Below are positions 1 to 13,626 of a stretch of 64,000 nucleotides of DNA, one piece after another. The notes below the pieces were generated by a model, which did no database searches, was not told the DNA's origin, and saw only the letters and a program-made list of their open reading frames with translations. The translations under genes and the position numbers were made by a program. Numbering within the stretch: the first letter of the stretch is position 1; each line of letters starts with the position of its first letter. Source of the stretch: the human T2T-CHM13v2.0 reference genome, Homo sapiens. The stretch is from the NCBI RefSeq assembly GCF_009914755.1, contig NC_060926.1; one strand, given 5' to 3'.

Positions 1-700
1 TCTAACTAGGCATGGAAGGGAACAAGGAAAACACGGAACCCAAAGGGAACTGCAGCGAGAGCACAAAGATTCTAGAATACTGCGAGCAGATGGGGTGGAG
101 GGCTGCTCTCCTGAGCTGCAGAAGGAATGGTCCAGTGGTTAAGATAAAACACAAGTCAAACTTATTCGAGTTGTCCAAAGTCAGGAATGGTGACCTTCTT
201 GCTGGTCTTGCCATTCCTGGACCCAAAGTGCTCCATGGCCTCCACAATATTCATGCCTTCTTTCACCTTGCCAATGACCACATGCTTGCTATCCAACCAC
301 TCAGACTTGGCAGTGCAGATGAAAAACTGGGAACCATTTGTGTTGGGTCCAGCATTTGCCATGGACAATATGCCAGGACCTGTATGCTTCAGGATGAAGT
401 TGTCATCATCAACTTTCTCCCCGTAGATTGACTTGCCACCAGTGCCATTATGGTGTGTGAAGTCACCACCATGACACATAAACCCTGGAATAATTCTGTG
501 AAAGCAGCAACCCTTGTAACCAAATCTTTTCTCTCCAGTATTCAGAGCACAAAAGTTTTCTGCTGTCTTTGGAAACTTGTCTGCAAACAGCTCAAAAGAG
601 ATGCGGCCCAAGGACTCACCGTCGACAGAGATGTGGAAGAACACGGTGGGGTTGACCATGGCTGGTAATACAGAGCTCCCGACGGCAGCATCTGCAAAGC
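1..700 (-). pseudogene. PPIA: PPIA (cyclophilin A) processed retrocopy: 5'UTR, intronless ORF 162..659 and 3'UTR (3' end lies left of the window)
   Basis: ORF 162..659 gives 165 aa MVNPTVFF...[10 protein letters not shown]...[13 protein letters not shown]...GQLE, colinear with PPIA and about 21 substitutions from the recalled human protein. No introns. PPIA-like 5'UTR (ttgcagatgctgccgtc...agccATGG) to ~700 and 3'UTR at 1-161. The symbol is that of the parent gene; the specific PPIAP number is not determined. Confidence 0.95.
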
Positions 701-2614
701 ACTCAGTGAATGTTTATGGAATAAAGTGGAGTCCTGTTCCCTCAACCTTGCTACTACTGTTTCCCACTTTCATTTTCCAGATAAATTCCCAGACAAGTTA
801 GGGAGGGATGCTATGGAGAAACATACATTTCTCCAAATCCTTTGGTAGTAGAAAATAACCTTGGACACAGGTCTTCAATGAATTGGTATGTAATTATTCA
901 ACATCTGAGTCAAAATGCAAACAGTAGCTCCAGTCTACACAGAGTAATCCGAATTAAATATAGCCCATATTTGTTGTGCTGACATCCATGTTGTTGAGAA
1001 CACGCATACATATGATGCAGCTCAAATAACATAGGGAGAACAATGGTTAAAGTCTAAGGCTCTTGGCTGCTCTAATGAGATGGGGAATGGGGAGTTTGGG
1101 CATGGAGGTGCTCATTATGTGAGAGATAATATTTCTATTCAGCATCATAGAGCATCCATTTCAGCCGAGATCTCACTCTGGGAGCTCCTTTTCCGTGCAA
1201 AATATAGAATATACGCATTCAGAGAGAATGCTTAGAGAGAGAGGGGAAAGCTCTAAGCCTGTAACGGTGGGAAAAAAGTCTTTCCTAGCTATAAGTAACT
1301 GGCAGCGATGTACAGTAGAGAACATTAGAGCAAATCTTGTGTTATAAATACAGTTGATAAGCAGACTGTCCTTTACTAGGACTTGAAGCTATTGCAGTCA
1401 GAGACTGAAAATTTCCTTCAAATCCTAATGAGGGCCATGGTACAAGGAAGCTTTGAGGGCTGAGAGCAGTAAAGGGTGCATAAGAGCACTTCACGTGAGC
1501 CTAAATGACAGATATGATAGAGGCCTTGGGTGGGAATCAGACAAGATTATTTCACAGCAGCTTAGGATTTCCATTTGTAGGAAACTGGGAACAGTGAGCA
1601 GAATCCCACCATTCAGCCTTGCTGTATTCACTTAGGCTCAAAATTTGGTGACTTAGAGTTCTTATATATTGTATCAGTCATTCCCCAACAATCCTATTCT
1701 TTAATTTTGTTTTCTTAAATTTTCGTTAAAGAACTATCATCATGTATTCTTACGCTTAAGAGATAAATGCTGAAGTATTTAGAGGCAAAGTGTCAGATGT
1801 TTGTAGATTACTGTCAAGTTGTACACACACAGAGACAAAGCAAATATGATTGCCGTCTTTTGAACTATAATTCTTCTTCTCACTTTTTATATGTTAAAAA
1901 ATCTCATACTAAAAAGTAGAAAGAGAAAACCACATCTGATATTGGTACAGATAGATATCTAGACTAAGTGCACCTCACTTATCTATTTTCATCAAGATTT
2001 GACTGCCCATAGTGATCAATCCAAACTGGCAAAAACTTCTATAGAACATTCCTCTACAAAGGCTTATTTCTGTCAGTTCCATTCATTAATTCATTCAGGT
2101 ATTGTTGAACGTCTACTATATACTGTGCACAATTCTAAGTCCTGGCTATATAGCAGGGAGCTTAATCCTGTGCACTTATATTAACTACTATTTAACAAAA
2201 ATACCCTTTAGAGAAAGTAAGTCTTTTGGAAGGTATATAGGTTTATTTTTAAAAATGTCTTCCTTTTAAAATACCAGTTCCTTTAAACGTCCTTACTAAA
2301 CCTATGTATTACAAGAAAAATGATTTGAGTTTCACTGGAAAAGCACTTATAAAATGTACTTTATTTCTCTCTTTATGGTTTTCTGGCTTCTATAACTTAA
2401 AATATTGCCCTGGGGAGACAGGAAGACCAAAAATTCCAATCCTGTAAGAATCAGAGGCAGGAAACTAGGAAAAGTTGTTAGTTCAGTCAAGTTTAAATGA
2501 GAAGGAACACAAAGGTTAGGCTGGTAATTATTTTAACCAGAATAATGGGATAATCTAAGAGTGAAAATGAACCTGTTTACATTTCATATCAAACTTATAA
2601 AAAAAAAACCCATG

Positions 2615-2741
2615 TACTCGGGAAGCTGAATTGGGAGAATCACTTGAACCTGAGAAGTAGAGATTGCGGTGAGATCCTGCCATTGCACTCCAGCATGGGT
2701 GACAGAGTGAGACTCTGTCTCAAAACAAACAAACAAACAAA
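2615..2741 (+). mobile_element. 5'-truncated Alu (right-arm end) with (CAAA)n tail
   Basis: tactcgggaagctga...gagtgagactctgtctcaaaacaaac; flanked by aaacccatg / aaaccccatg TSD-like repeats. Confidence 0.85.
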
Positions 2742-4188
2742 CCCCATGCACAGAGGTGCATAGTGTTTCTAGGCACATTTGTGGTATCCAGGGCAAGCTC
2801 TTCAGGGCAAGGGCGTTTTTAGATACTTGTGACTGTTTTATCACTTACTCCTGAAGATCAGCAATTCATAAAACTTAATACCTGCTGATTTCAGCCTGCT
2901 GTAATATCACCACCCCAGGGCACACAATACCATTTCAAATGATGTCTTTGGTTTGCCAGGTTTCATATGCCAAAGAACCTTCAAATGGTGCATCCTACCC
3001 TCCACGCTGCCTTTTACACACTATTCCTATAGTAGGCCAGCAGGAGATCTACTCCTTACCATGAGCAGGAGTATTTTAATAGCAGAATATGGGAAACAAT
3101 GATTGCTATGTTGGGTTTATATGCTTTGTTTGCAAAATAATGGGTTTTAGGTTAAATTGAGGCAGGTGTGCAAATGTTCTGGTGAAGTCCATGCAACCTC
3201 CCTCCAAAACAGCAAACTATAAAAAGACTCTCATAATAGTGGTCACCAGCATCAATAATTGTAACAAGGGGCTGGAATATCAATCACAGGAAAGACAAGC
3301 ATTTTGATAGCATTAATCAGAGCTGGTTTTCTCTTGCAAATCATGCCAAAGCTCTTGGATTGCTGCCTGTTCCCATTGTTTTCTGTCTGGTGGTTTGTAC
3401 ACAGATTCCTCTCCCCTTCCCCAGTGTGGCCATAATGAAATTGGGGAATTAACTCAGAGCAGAGTTGTTCGAGTTTGGATGTGAAGGTAAACACAAATGG
3501 AGAAAGTTCAAATTTTTGAGAAGAACAAACAGCCCTAGTTACTAAACATTAGCTGGCAAATGCAATAGACATGTACAATGGGCAGATATCATGGATGATT
3601 TCTCATACTGGCCAAGACGAAAGATGGTCACAGGCTATAAGGCTTGTGTGTAGTATCTGCAGAAAGAGTTTTTAGGTATTTTCATTTTTAGCAGCCAAGG
3701 CAATATATTTAGTCTTCTGATTTTGAGTAACACTCTGCCATCACTAACAAAAAGAGATGAGAGGAAACTCATGTGCTTGAATCTCTTCAGTTATCATCCT
3801 GCACTTATTTCTATGCAATGCTTAGAGCTTCCATGGGGACTGATCTAATCTTTTTGCTTCCCCTTATTGCTCATTAGACCCTCCTCCAGATATGAAATCT
3901 GTACAGGTCTATTTACTTATTTTGGATCCCAGTCGGACCAGTTACAAATGACAGCCAAGAGCATGACTTGGAAATTTAAGCACTGCAAGATTGGAATTTT
4001 CCCAAATCATAAATGGCTTAAATATTGCTTGAATGGAGGTAATGATGTAATTTTATGTTAAAAGGAGAATATAATATAAGAGGGAGGACTTTTGAAAGAA
4101 TCACACATCAGTGAAAGAAGATGAGTTAAAATAGAAAAATCTACCCATTCCATTGGAGGCTTCATTCCGGGTCTCTCTGTCAAAGTGA

Positions 4189-4517
<329 letters not shown>

Positions 4518-5024
4518 CAAAGGAGGTATTTTAAAAAGTCCTTGAAGACAAGAAGCAAGAGCAAGGCCTTTACCCACACACATATCAAGTATATTACATA
4601 TAAATAATTGTGGAATTATATATCTTTCCATGGGATTAAAGCCATTGAAATGGGAAAAAAATCCATGTATTATAAGCACAAATGTATGTACATTTATATG
4701 CCTACACAAAACCAAGATAAATGTTGAAAATGAGATTCAATAACTCAAACAATCATTTTGATTAACATTTTTTTCACTGAATTGACGGATATTTTGTAGT
4801 GACTAGAATGAATTGTGACTTTGTATAGACATTTCATATATGGAACTGATCCTTGAAAAATTAATTGGTCAGGTTTTGCTATAATGGATAACAACCTACG
4901 TTAGAGATACCGCATATGAACAAATTATTAGTCTTTATAGCATACATTGACTAATTAATTTTCCAGGGAGCTATAAAAGTCTTAGATAATATTATTAACT
5001 AGTGGTAAATGAAAATGTGTTTGC

Positions 5025-5194
5025 TTCCAGCTACTGGGGAGGCTGAGGCAGGAGGATTGATTGGGTCCAGGAGGTCAGGGCTGCAGTGAACTGTGATTGC
5101 ACCACTGCACTCCAGCCAGGGCAACAGAGTGAGAGGCTGTTTCAACAACAACAACAACAACAACAAAACAACAACAACAAAACAGAAAAGAAAA
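5025..5194 (+). mobile_element. 5'-truncated AluJ-like right arm with (CAA)n tail
   Basis: ccagctactggggaggctgaggcaggaggattg...; TSD gaaaatgtgtt at 5011-5021 and 5195-5205. Confidence 0.9.
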
Positions 5195-5376
5195 GAAAAT
5201 GTGTTCAAATGTCAAATGTTCAAGTTTCTTGTGCCTTTTATTTCATAATAAGGAGCCCATTTTTTCTAAGTGCCAATAAATTATTGTCTTTAAAATGGAG
5301 TATACATTGGACGCTAGCTCCTGACTTTGTTCGTTGTTCTTTTCCACATTAACATAAGCTGATCTTTAGATATGAA

Positions 5377-5439
5377 ACACACACACACACACGCACACAC
5401 ACACCCACACACGCACACACACACCCACACACGCACACA
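5377..5439. repeat. Imperfect (CA)n microsatellite
   Basis: acacacacacacacgcacacacacacccacac... Confidence 0.95.
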
Positions 5440-6274
5440 TATTCTAGACAGACTTTCGAAGGAGTAATTAAATTGTTATGAAAAGAATGTTGCCCCGAAA
5501 TTATATTGACCTTAATTTGAAAAAGACAAGGAAAATATGGAAAATGAAAGAGGGAGAAATGGTTAATTTGGTTTATAATCCACAATGATAATAACATGTG
5601 CTTCCAAGAAATTATAGATTAAAATAATTAACATGGCTCATATATGAATATTAATGTTTTTTTCTCAGAGGGCCTCTTTGTCTCAGTGCCCAACATGGCT
5701 CCATCCTGACAGAATTTCTTCCGTTGTCCTATTCGGGCAATCAGTGCCTAAATGTCTTTGTTTGTCTGATGAGGTTCTGTTTTCTGAATGGCAAGTTTAG
5801 ACTTTATATCTTCCACCTGAATTATTACAAGAGAGATTTGGTAATTAAGTTCTAACAAGATTTAAATGATATTAAAAACAGTCAGTTAAAAGGAAACACA
5901 GCCTTGGGCTTTGTTGTAAATTTGTATAATTATTTTTAGTCCTCTAGAGGATGCATAATTATGTTTCTGTATTTATAAAAATACTGCCTCGGAGGCACCA
6001 AAATGAATTTTTCTGTATGCTAATTTACATATTAATGTTACTCTTTGTATGTCAAAATTTCTTTGGATGGATAAAAAGAGATTTTCTAAGGAAATTTTCA
6101 AAGTAATCACGAAGAGTGTAAAGTCTTTTGATTGGTAAGTCTGGAAAAACCACTGTTCAGGGAGAAAGTTTGACAGTCCAAGAAAAAAAAGAAACTTAAG
6201 AAGGCAGACATATAACCTTAAACTTCAAGTTTAATTTGATCTTAACTTGGAATGGGGCATGGTGGCACAGCCAG

Positions 6275-6490
6275 GAATAATACCCAGTGACATTTATTGA
6301 GTACTCTTCAGGTGCTAAGTGAGACCTGGTCACTTCACCTGCTTCATGCAAGGATCATAGAGGTAGGTACTATACTTATTTTTCCCATTTCAAACATGGG
6401 AAGACTGAGGCACAGAGAGATCAAGTTGATGGCTCCGGATCACACAGCTGGCATTTTAACCTAGGCAGTTTGATGCCAGTGCCTTAACCT
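6275..6490 (-). mobile_element. MIR SINE
   Basis: MIR core-like cccatttcaaacatgggaagactgaggcacagagag. Confidence 0.7.
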
Positions 6491-6874
6491 CATGATTAAT
6501 TAATAGTTGACTAATTTTCTGTATTGTTTTCTGAACAGAATCATAAGGAAGCACCAAGGACCTCTTTGTGCTGTGATGGAGAAACCATTTTCTCATGAAA
6601 CCTACACGAGACGGCTGCTAAGTCTGAGTGCAGTACTGGAAACACCACACAATCCCAGGGCGTGGGCTCAGCTTTCCCTGCATGGACTCTCTTCACTATT
6701 TTACAAGCAAGTGAGCTCTCTGCACCAGATTTTAGGCTCCTCCAGAGCCAGAACTGTTCTTTGCTTCCTTCTATGCTTCTCCCTTAGGGTTCAGAGTTGG
6801 CCTGGCTGTTCACTGAAATGAAATCCGGGAGTGAGTCTCAGGAAACACCTATGGTCCTTCTGTGATAAGTTAAT

Positions 6875-7330
6875 TTTTCATTGTTTTTGGTGGTAAAATA
6901 TACATAACATAAAATTTATCATTTTAACCATATTTAAGTATGCAGTTCAATGGCGTTAAATACATTCACATTACCGTGTGGCCATCACTACCATCCCCCT
7001 CCGAAATGTTTTGTGGTTCTGCCCCAGCCTCCCAAGTAGCTGAGAATACAGGCACGCGCCACCACGCCTGGCTAATTTTTTGTATTTTTAGTAGAGACAG
7101 GGTTTCACCATGTTAGCCAGGATGATCTCGATCTCCTGACCTTGTGATCCACCTGCCTCGGCCTCCCAAAGTGCTGGGATTACAGGCATGAGCCACCATG
7201 CCCGGCCAGTTTTTTCCCAAAATAAAACTTGGTACCTACTATATATAACAACTCCCCATTCTGCTCTCCCCATAGTCCCTGGCAACCACCATCCTACTTT
7301 CTGTTTCTAGGAATTTGACGACTCCAGTGG
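6875..7330 (-). mobile_element. Old L1M (L1MA/MB-like) 3' end, interrupted by an Alu
   Basis: tgtggtaaaatatacataacataaaatttatcattttaacc...; resumes after the Alu with ...ccctggcaaccaccatcctactttctgtttct. Confidence 0.8.
7018..7207 (-). mobile_element. AluS fragment lacking its 3' ~100 nt and poly(A) tail
   Basis: Left arm plus partial right arm; ends at ...gccccagcctcccaagtagc with no T-tail. Confidence 0.9.
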
Positions 7331-7724
7331 AATGGTTAGTATTAAATTGAAGGTAATTTTTACATGAAATGGGATCTCCAGTATTTTTATGCAGGAGACA
7401 AGTTCATCTGTTCTCTTGAACTGTGTTCTAACCGTGGAAAGGAAATTGGTAGAGCTAGGAAAGGTCAGAAGGTGCGGCCGAGGGACAATTTCCCTTCCTC
7501 TGTTGTTAGAGTGGAAGGATTAGAAGGATTGGTGACAGCCATTGACCATGACAGCACAGTGATGGGCAACTGGGACATCACTGTGGAGGCCAGAGAGGGA
7601 AGCCAAGGTGAAGGGCCGTCTTGGGGCTTGTTTCTGCACCTAGGTGAGGCTGCCGCTGGGGTGCTGGAAATAGCTGGGAAGTCCTATGTGAGGGGCAGTT
7701 CATAGTGAAATGGCTGCACGGCCT

Positions 7725-7935
7725 TGTGCCATTGTCATTTGGGTTATGCATGTGCTTCTTCATTTAATGCTCCCAACACAACTACCAGTTGGTTGGTTCA
7801 TTGCTATTTTTTAGGTGAGCGTAATGTGATTTAAAAAAAGAGGTCAGGAAACTTGCCCAAAGTTACAGCTTCAAATGGTAGAGCAAGGATCTCAACCCAG
7901 AACGACTCCAAACCCCATGTTCTTTCCACTCTGTC
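7725..7935 (-). mobile_element. MIR SINE
   Basis: cttcatttaatgctcccaaca...aacttgcccaaagttacagct...gatctcaacccag. Confidence 0.6.
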
Positions 7936-8174
7936 ACTCTGCTGCTTCTGGGGTTAATGAGGAGACTGCAAATCCTGTGTGTATCCTGAAGGTCAAGGTG
8001 AGACATAGAATACTGGCCTCTGAGAAAGCACTCTGAGAAACCTACCACATTGCTCTAGAAGTCTACAGCTTTAGACAGGAAGGGAATGCTCAGAACCATT
8101 GTTTGGTCCAACTCCCTCAGGTTGTGGTTGAGGAACCCAGGATGCCAAGGCCACTCAGAGGTTGGGTGCAGAAC

Positions 8175-8254
8175 TAAGGTTGGTGCAAAAGTAATGGTGG
8201 TGTCTGCCATTGAAAGTAATGGCAAAAACCGCAATACCTTTCGCACCAACCTAA
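8175..8254. mobile_element. MADE1 (Hsmar1-derived 80-bp mariner MITE)
   Basis: aggttggtgcaaaagtaat ... ttcgcaccaacctaa inverted termini, 80 bp, followed by TA. Confidence 0.92.
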
Positions 8255-8653
8255 TATAACCAGAATTCTATTGCAAGATCCTAGTCTGTGCCTTTGATTA
8301 TATAATAAAAGAAGAGCATTCAGTATTGGTTTCATCTATCTTTGAGGCCCTCTGCTTGCATTTCAACACTCCATCCACAGGAGGCTCCTCTGCAGCATCC
8401 TGCTTTCTGCTGGTTGTCATTTAATATCTATAAGATTAGCCAACAAGAAAAATGTTACCTTATAATACTTTCAACCCCTTCAAATTCCCTACAAGGAAAA
8501 AGTTTCCTACAAGGAACTTTTGCCTTTTAACTGAAGCCTGTTAACATATTCTGGATGAAAGAAAACACATTTTATGAGGAGAGAATTACAGGCAGTCGAG
8601 TAGTCTATTTTGGGCAGGACTCTTTCTGTAATCGTACTATGTCTGTCTACTTC

Positions 8654-8960
8654 TTTTTTGTGAGTTTGTTTTGTGTTTTAAGACAGGGTCTCCATCTGTT
8701 GCCCAGGCTGGAGTGCAGTGGCCCAATCATAGCTCACTGCAGCCTCAACACCCCTGGGCTCAAGTGATTCTCCTGCCTCAGCCTCCTGAATAGCTGGGAC
8801 TACAGGGGTGTGCCACCATGCCTGGCTAATTTTTAATTTTTTGTAGAGATGGGGTCTCTCCATGTTACCCAGGCTGGTCTCAAACTCCTGGTCTCAAGCG
8901 ATCCTCCTGCCTTAGCTCTGAAACTGTTGAGATTACAGGTGTGAGTGACTTGGCCTGGCT
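8654..8960 (-). mobile_element. Full-length AluJ
   Basis: AluJ-type atcatagctcactgcagcctc; TSD tctgtctacttc at 8642-8653 and 8961-8972. Confidence 0.92.
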
Positions 8961-9004
8961 TCTGTCTACTTCCAAAGCTGTGCTAAGGAATAGGAAGGCC
9001 TTTG

Positions 9005-9175
9005 CTGAAATCTCTAATTCTCCACTCACTCATTACTTATATGACCTCAGGCCTCTCTGAGTCTCAGTAAACTGCTTTGTAAAACATATTATTAATAGCA
9101 CTTATTTTGGGGGTGGTAAGAATTATATGAATGTGATAGGTAAAGTGACTAAAATAGCTGCTTAATAAATGTTAC
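9005..9175 (+). mobile_element. MIR SINE
   Basis: ctctctgagtctcagt...tgtaaaa...cttaataaatgtta. Confidence 0.55.
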
Positions 9176-9397
9176 ATCCCTTTCTTTTCTCTCTTGGAAT
9201 CTATGTGAAGGCCCTTTGTGAAAAGGTGCACCTATTACAAACCCATTGCTTAACCTAGTTCTGATTGTATCTTTCACTACATTGCATTTTATTTCTATTT
9301 GCACAGGAGGAAATAGAAGTCTAGGGGTTAGACAGAATGGCCTGGTTTTTGGCTTAGTTACACTGCCCCCAAGTGTGAGTTCCTAAGGACCTACTGC

Positions 9398-9509
9398 TAG
9401 GGTGACCGAACGTCCTAGTTTGCCCAGGACCGAGGGATTTCCAGGACAAGAGAATGCAGTGCTAAAACTAGGAAACTCTCAAGCAAAGTGGGACAAGTTG
9501 GTCACCCTC
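9398..9509 (-). mobile_element. MER81 (hAT-Blackjack MITE)
   Basis: Terminal inverted repeats tagggtgacc / ggtcaccct, ~112 bp; imperfect 8-bp TSD cctactgc / cctactat. Confidence 0.8.
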
Positions 9510-11514
9510 CCTACTATATCCATATCTAGATAAAGCCTTCATTGCTTTCCTAAAGATAAATGCCTCTGAAATCCCATGCTCATTTCATGATGGAGATGTA
9601 AGAACAGTGATCATTCTGTGCCTACATAAAAAGGGAGACCTTAATTCAACTGGCAGGGACAGGGAGAATGAACCTAATAAGAAATTGCTGATAACCATTT
9701 TAATTCCATTGAAGTGCCAACAATATTACTTGGGGATGTTTTATTTATGGAAATATTAATCATGATATTTTTGGCTATATAGAGTGTAGCGAAGAATGAA
9801 GGATTCCTGAATCAAACTTTTCTTTACTATTTGGCTAACTCTCCTATTTATGCAAAATTAAAATTTTGTTGTTAAGATATACAGGATTGGTATGTCACCA
9901 AAAAGATTTGATTGCCTGTGCTGCCTCCCCACCCATGCAATTCTAGGAAGTTCTATCTTTTTTTTCACTACAGTTGTGAATAATTTCTCATGTTGCTGAT
10001 GGGGAGATTTAGGTACAAAAGGGTCCATTTCATGCCATTGGAGTCACAGCCAGGGAAATGCTTTCACTAGACTTGTGGCTTCTGAAAGATGCTGGAGAAA
10101 CTGTGGAATTGCTTATAAACACTTGGTCTCTTGATAAATGAGGTACACAGGTATCTGAGAATTAAGAACTCTTTTCATATTTCATTTTCAAATCTTCTCA
10201 TTTTCTGGGTCAATTCCCTCTTAAGACATGTAAGTCCTGGAAAGGCTGGATAAATGGGAGCGCCGGAATGAGGGATAGTTATACTTTCCTATGTATTTTA
10301 TGTCAGTGCTTTAGGTAACTTCATTTATGCTCTTGTGTGCCAAGGCAATGTAGACACTAGTGAAAGTGTTCACTTGAGCAACAAAAAGCAAACTGGAAGT
10401 ACATGGTTTCAGCAAATTCTCAGCAGTGAATATTTAAACAGTTCTTATTTACACATACTCAACTGGGGGCCCTGATGATGGACTGTGGCCTATATCATTT
10501 GCTGACTTGAAAGATTTGTGTAAAGACAATTCTAGTCATCAACAGTAAAGATTAAGATACATAAAATGCTGTTGGGGATGGATTTGATTTTTCAGAAATA
10601 CATTAGTAAGAAATTGATGTCCTGAGTTTGATCAATGACAGCAATACTTGTGCATGATTCTGTACCCCCTTATTAAACCTGCTGAACTGGGTCTGGAAAA
10701 CCAATATCTATTTCAAACCACTCAGTGTTGAAGTCTTTCTCAGCCCTGAGTAGGTCTCTGTCAAGCCTGCACAATGCTCCATGTGCCCTAGGATTGTCTC
10801 TATTCTGGCCAGAGCCATCTTGGGGTAATAGATCGTCAGAGCCCTAGGCTTGGTTGATGCATTACTCCAATGTGTCAGAACAACATCTGGCTCAGTTTCT
10901 CTATCCTGGAAGCCCAGCAACAGCTAACTACTATGATGGATTACATGTGTGGTACAGCCTATCACGGTAATACATCAAGACATGGCACTCATTTGAAGGT
11001 GAATTAGTCAAAAGATGGAGTTCTTGCAAGCTCCAAACCCAAGAAAAGGAATCCTGTTTAATTAAAGAATGAAAGACAAAGTAACTGGCATGAGGGCCGT
11101 AACTGTCAAATGGGGGGCAGTTTCTAAGATACGATCCACATTAAGTGTGCATCATTACCAGATGAGGTTTTATTGTTGCTCTGCTTTCTTGAGGTGTGAT
11201 TCATATCTTCCATCAGCACCCCCACCCCCACCAGAGCAGCTGGACTGCAGTTTGGGCATACTTTTTTCATGTGTGTTTGTAAGGACTTTCTAAATCCATC
11301 CCTACTATAAATAACCAGATTCCTTCTGTCCTAAGTTCCAGTGCTCTTTCAGTTTCTTTTTCTTCCCTTATACCCCGTTGCTCCAAATCCCTGTGGAATA
11401 AAATGAAACTATAAAATGAAGAAGCCTGTGCCTTTCTGTCTCTCATGATGTGGTTGAGCTCTTTGGCATCAATTTGTTCAGTTATTCATTTAATAGGACT
11501 GATTGTGCATTGAA

Positions 11515-12037
11515 CGTGTTAAGATGTTTCAGTTTCATGTAATAAAAAAATTGAGTGGTTAAAAAGTAAGGATATTTATTACTTCACTTAATGAGATGTT
11601 CAGAAAAAGCAGTTCCAGGGTTCAGTGGCCAGTGAAATCATCAAAGATTCAGGTTCTTTCTGTCTTTATGGTCTGTGGTTTTTGCCTTCAGGCGTATTAC
11701 TTCATGGTTGCAGGATGGCTGCTGCAGTTCCAGCCATCACATGTAGACATAATAACACTGATCAAAGGAAGAGACAGAAGAAGGAACATTCTCTTATATT
11801 CTTAAGAGTAGAAAGGCATTCTTAGAAACTCACAGCAGACTTCCCCTCAAGTCTCACTGGCCAGAATTGTGTCCTTTAACCATGTCCAAACCACCACTAT
11901 AAGGAGAATGAGACCACCATGAATGGCAGGCTAAAGCCTGCCCTCTCTACTCCCTGAAGTACATGGCTGCTTGACAAAAGGTGGATAAAATGGAGATTTT
12001 GGAAACAAGGAAGAAGAGGAGTGGTCATTTGCTGTTC
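11515..12037 (-). mobile_element. MLT1 (MaLR) solo LTR; its last bases were the target of the MER41 insertion
   Basis: MLT1-type motifs aggatggctgctgcagttccagccatcacat and cagcagacttcccctcaagtctcactggccagaa. Confidence 0.7.
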
Positions 12038-13172
12038 AAAAATTGATGACGTCTGGCTGTTCTGCCTATGGAGTAGCCATTCTTTATTCCTTTACTTTCT
12101 TAATAAACTTGCTTTCACTTTACTGTACGGATTCTCCTGGAATTCTTTCTTGTGAGAGATTCAAGAACCCTGCGTTGGGGTCTGGATTGGGACTTCTTTC
12201 CAGTAACATCTTTCTCGTGACCAGGGAAGGGACAATACTGAGGAAATCCCCGAGCCAAAAGCTAACTTTGGGTAAGTGGCGGAGTCCGGTAACATCTTTC
12301 TGGTGAACCCCAAAGGGACGATACTGAGGAGACCCCCAACCCAAAGGAAAATCATCTGCATGCACCAGTTGGCTGACTTTGGGTAAGTGGGGTGCATTTA
12401 CCCAAGACAAGGATGGGATTGGGTTAGAGGCCCAACTTAAGGAGGTTTGAGCTACTCCTAAGACAGAGTGGGTTAAAGACCCCACTTAATAAAAGTCTAG
12501 GATGCTTGATGGAACTTGGGTTCGAGGCTCAACTTAGGAAGGTTAGAGTCCTTCCTAAGATTGAGGGGATTAGACGCCCCTCTCAGTAAAGTCCTTATTG
12601 GCTAAGAACAAGTTTGGCAGTATGGGATGTAAACTGCTATTCTCTTTGGATTAATCTGCCCTGCACTCTTTGCTGACGGCTATGGGTGACAGGATTAGGC
12701 ATGTACAGGATCATGGGACATGGAGAGCTTTTTCTCCCCAAAGGAAAACTTGAGAGCTGATGTGGCTACTGAAAAAGATCCCTTTGTGACTGACAAGTGG
12801 CTGCCTGAGCTTTTCAGTGTCGCTGGGACGGTTGGCCCTTTCTCTGGTCTCCGTGAGTTGCTTGCCTTCCCCACCCTGCTGCAGGCAGTGCTTTTCTCTC
12901 TCTCATTCTCTTTCCTACCTTTTCTGTTAATCAGGGTGACCATCTTGCCCAGAGACCACAAGTTGAAACTGGTAGGAGATTGGATTAACAAAGACAGAGC
13001 CCAACTGGGGGCAAGTTTGAGCCTTGCCAGTTTGATATTGGGTCCTAAGCAGAGTAGCTAATGTCTATGTTTTGTCACATGTATTTTGCTCCAGCCAGCA
13101 TGGAAAGGGATAATTTTCCTTTGTGTTGTGACTTGGCCCCGAGAGCTGTGGTGCAGCCAGCTGGGTCACTAG

Positions 13173-13562
<390 letters not shown>

Positions 13563-13598
13563 AAGGGTAAGAATTTCTTACCAGTAAGACTTCTGGTT

Positions 13599-13626
13599 TC
13601 TCTCTCTCTCTCTCTCTCTTTCTCTC
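13599..13626. repeat. (CT)n microsatellite
   Basis: tctctctctctctctctctctttctctc. Confidence 0.85.

Noticed and set aside
12-431. 139-aa + strand ORF and other ORFs overlapping PPIA
   Set aside because: Antisense or alternative-frame shadows of the PPIA retrocopy; no independent evidence
5086-5352. ORF with a polyQ/polyN tract
   Set aside because: Translation of an Alu (CAA)n tail
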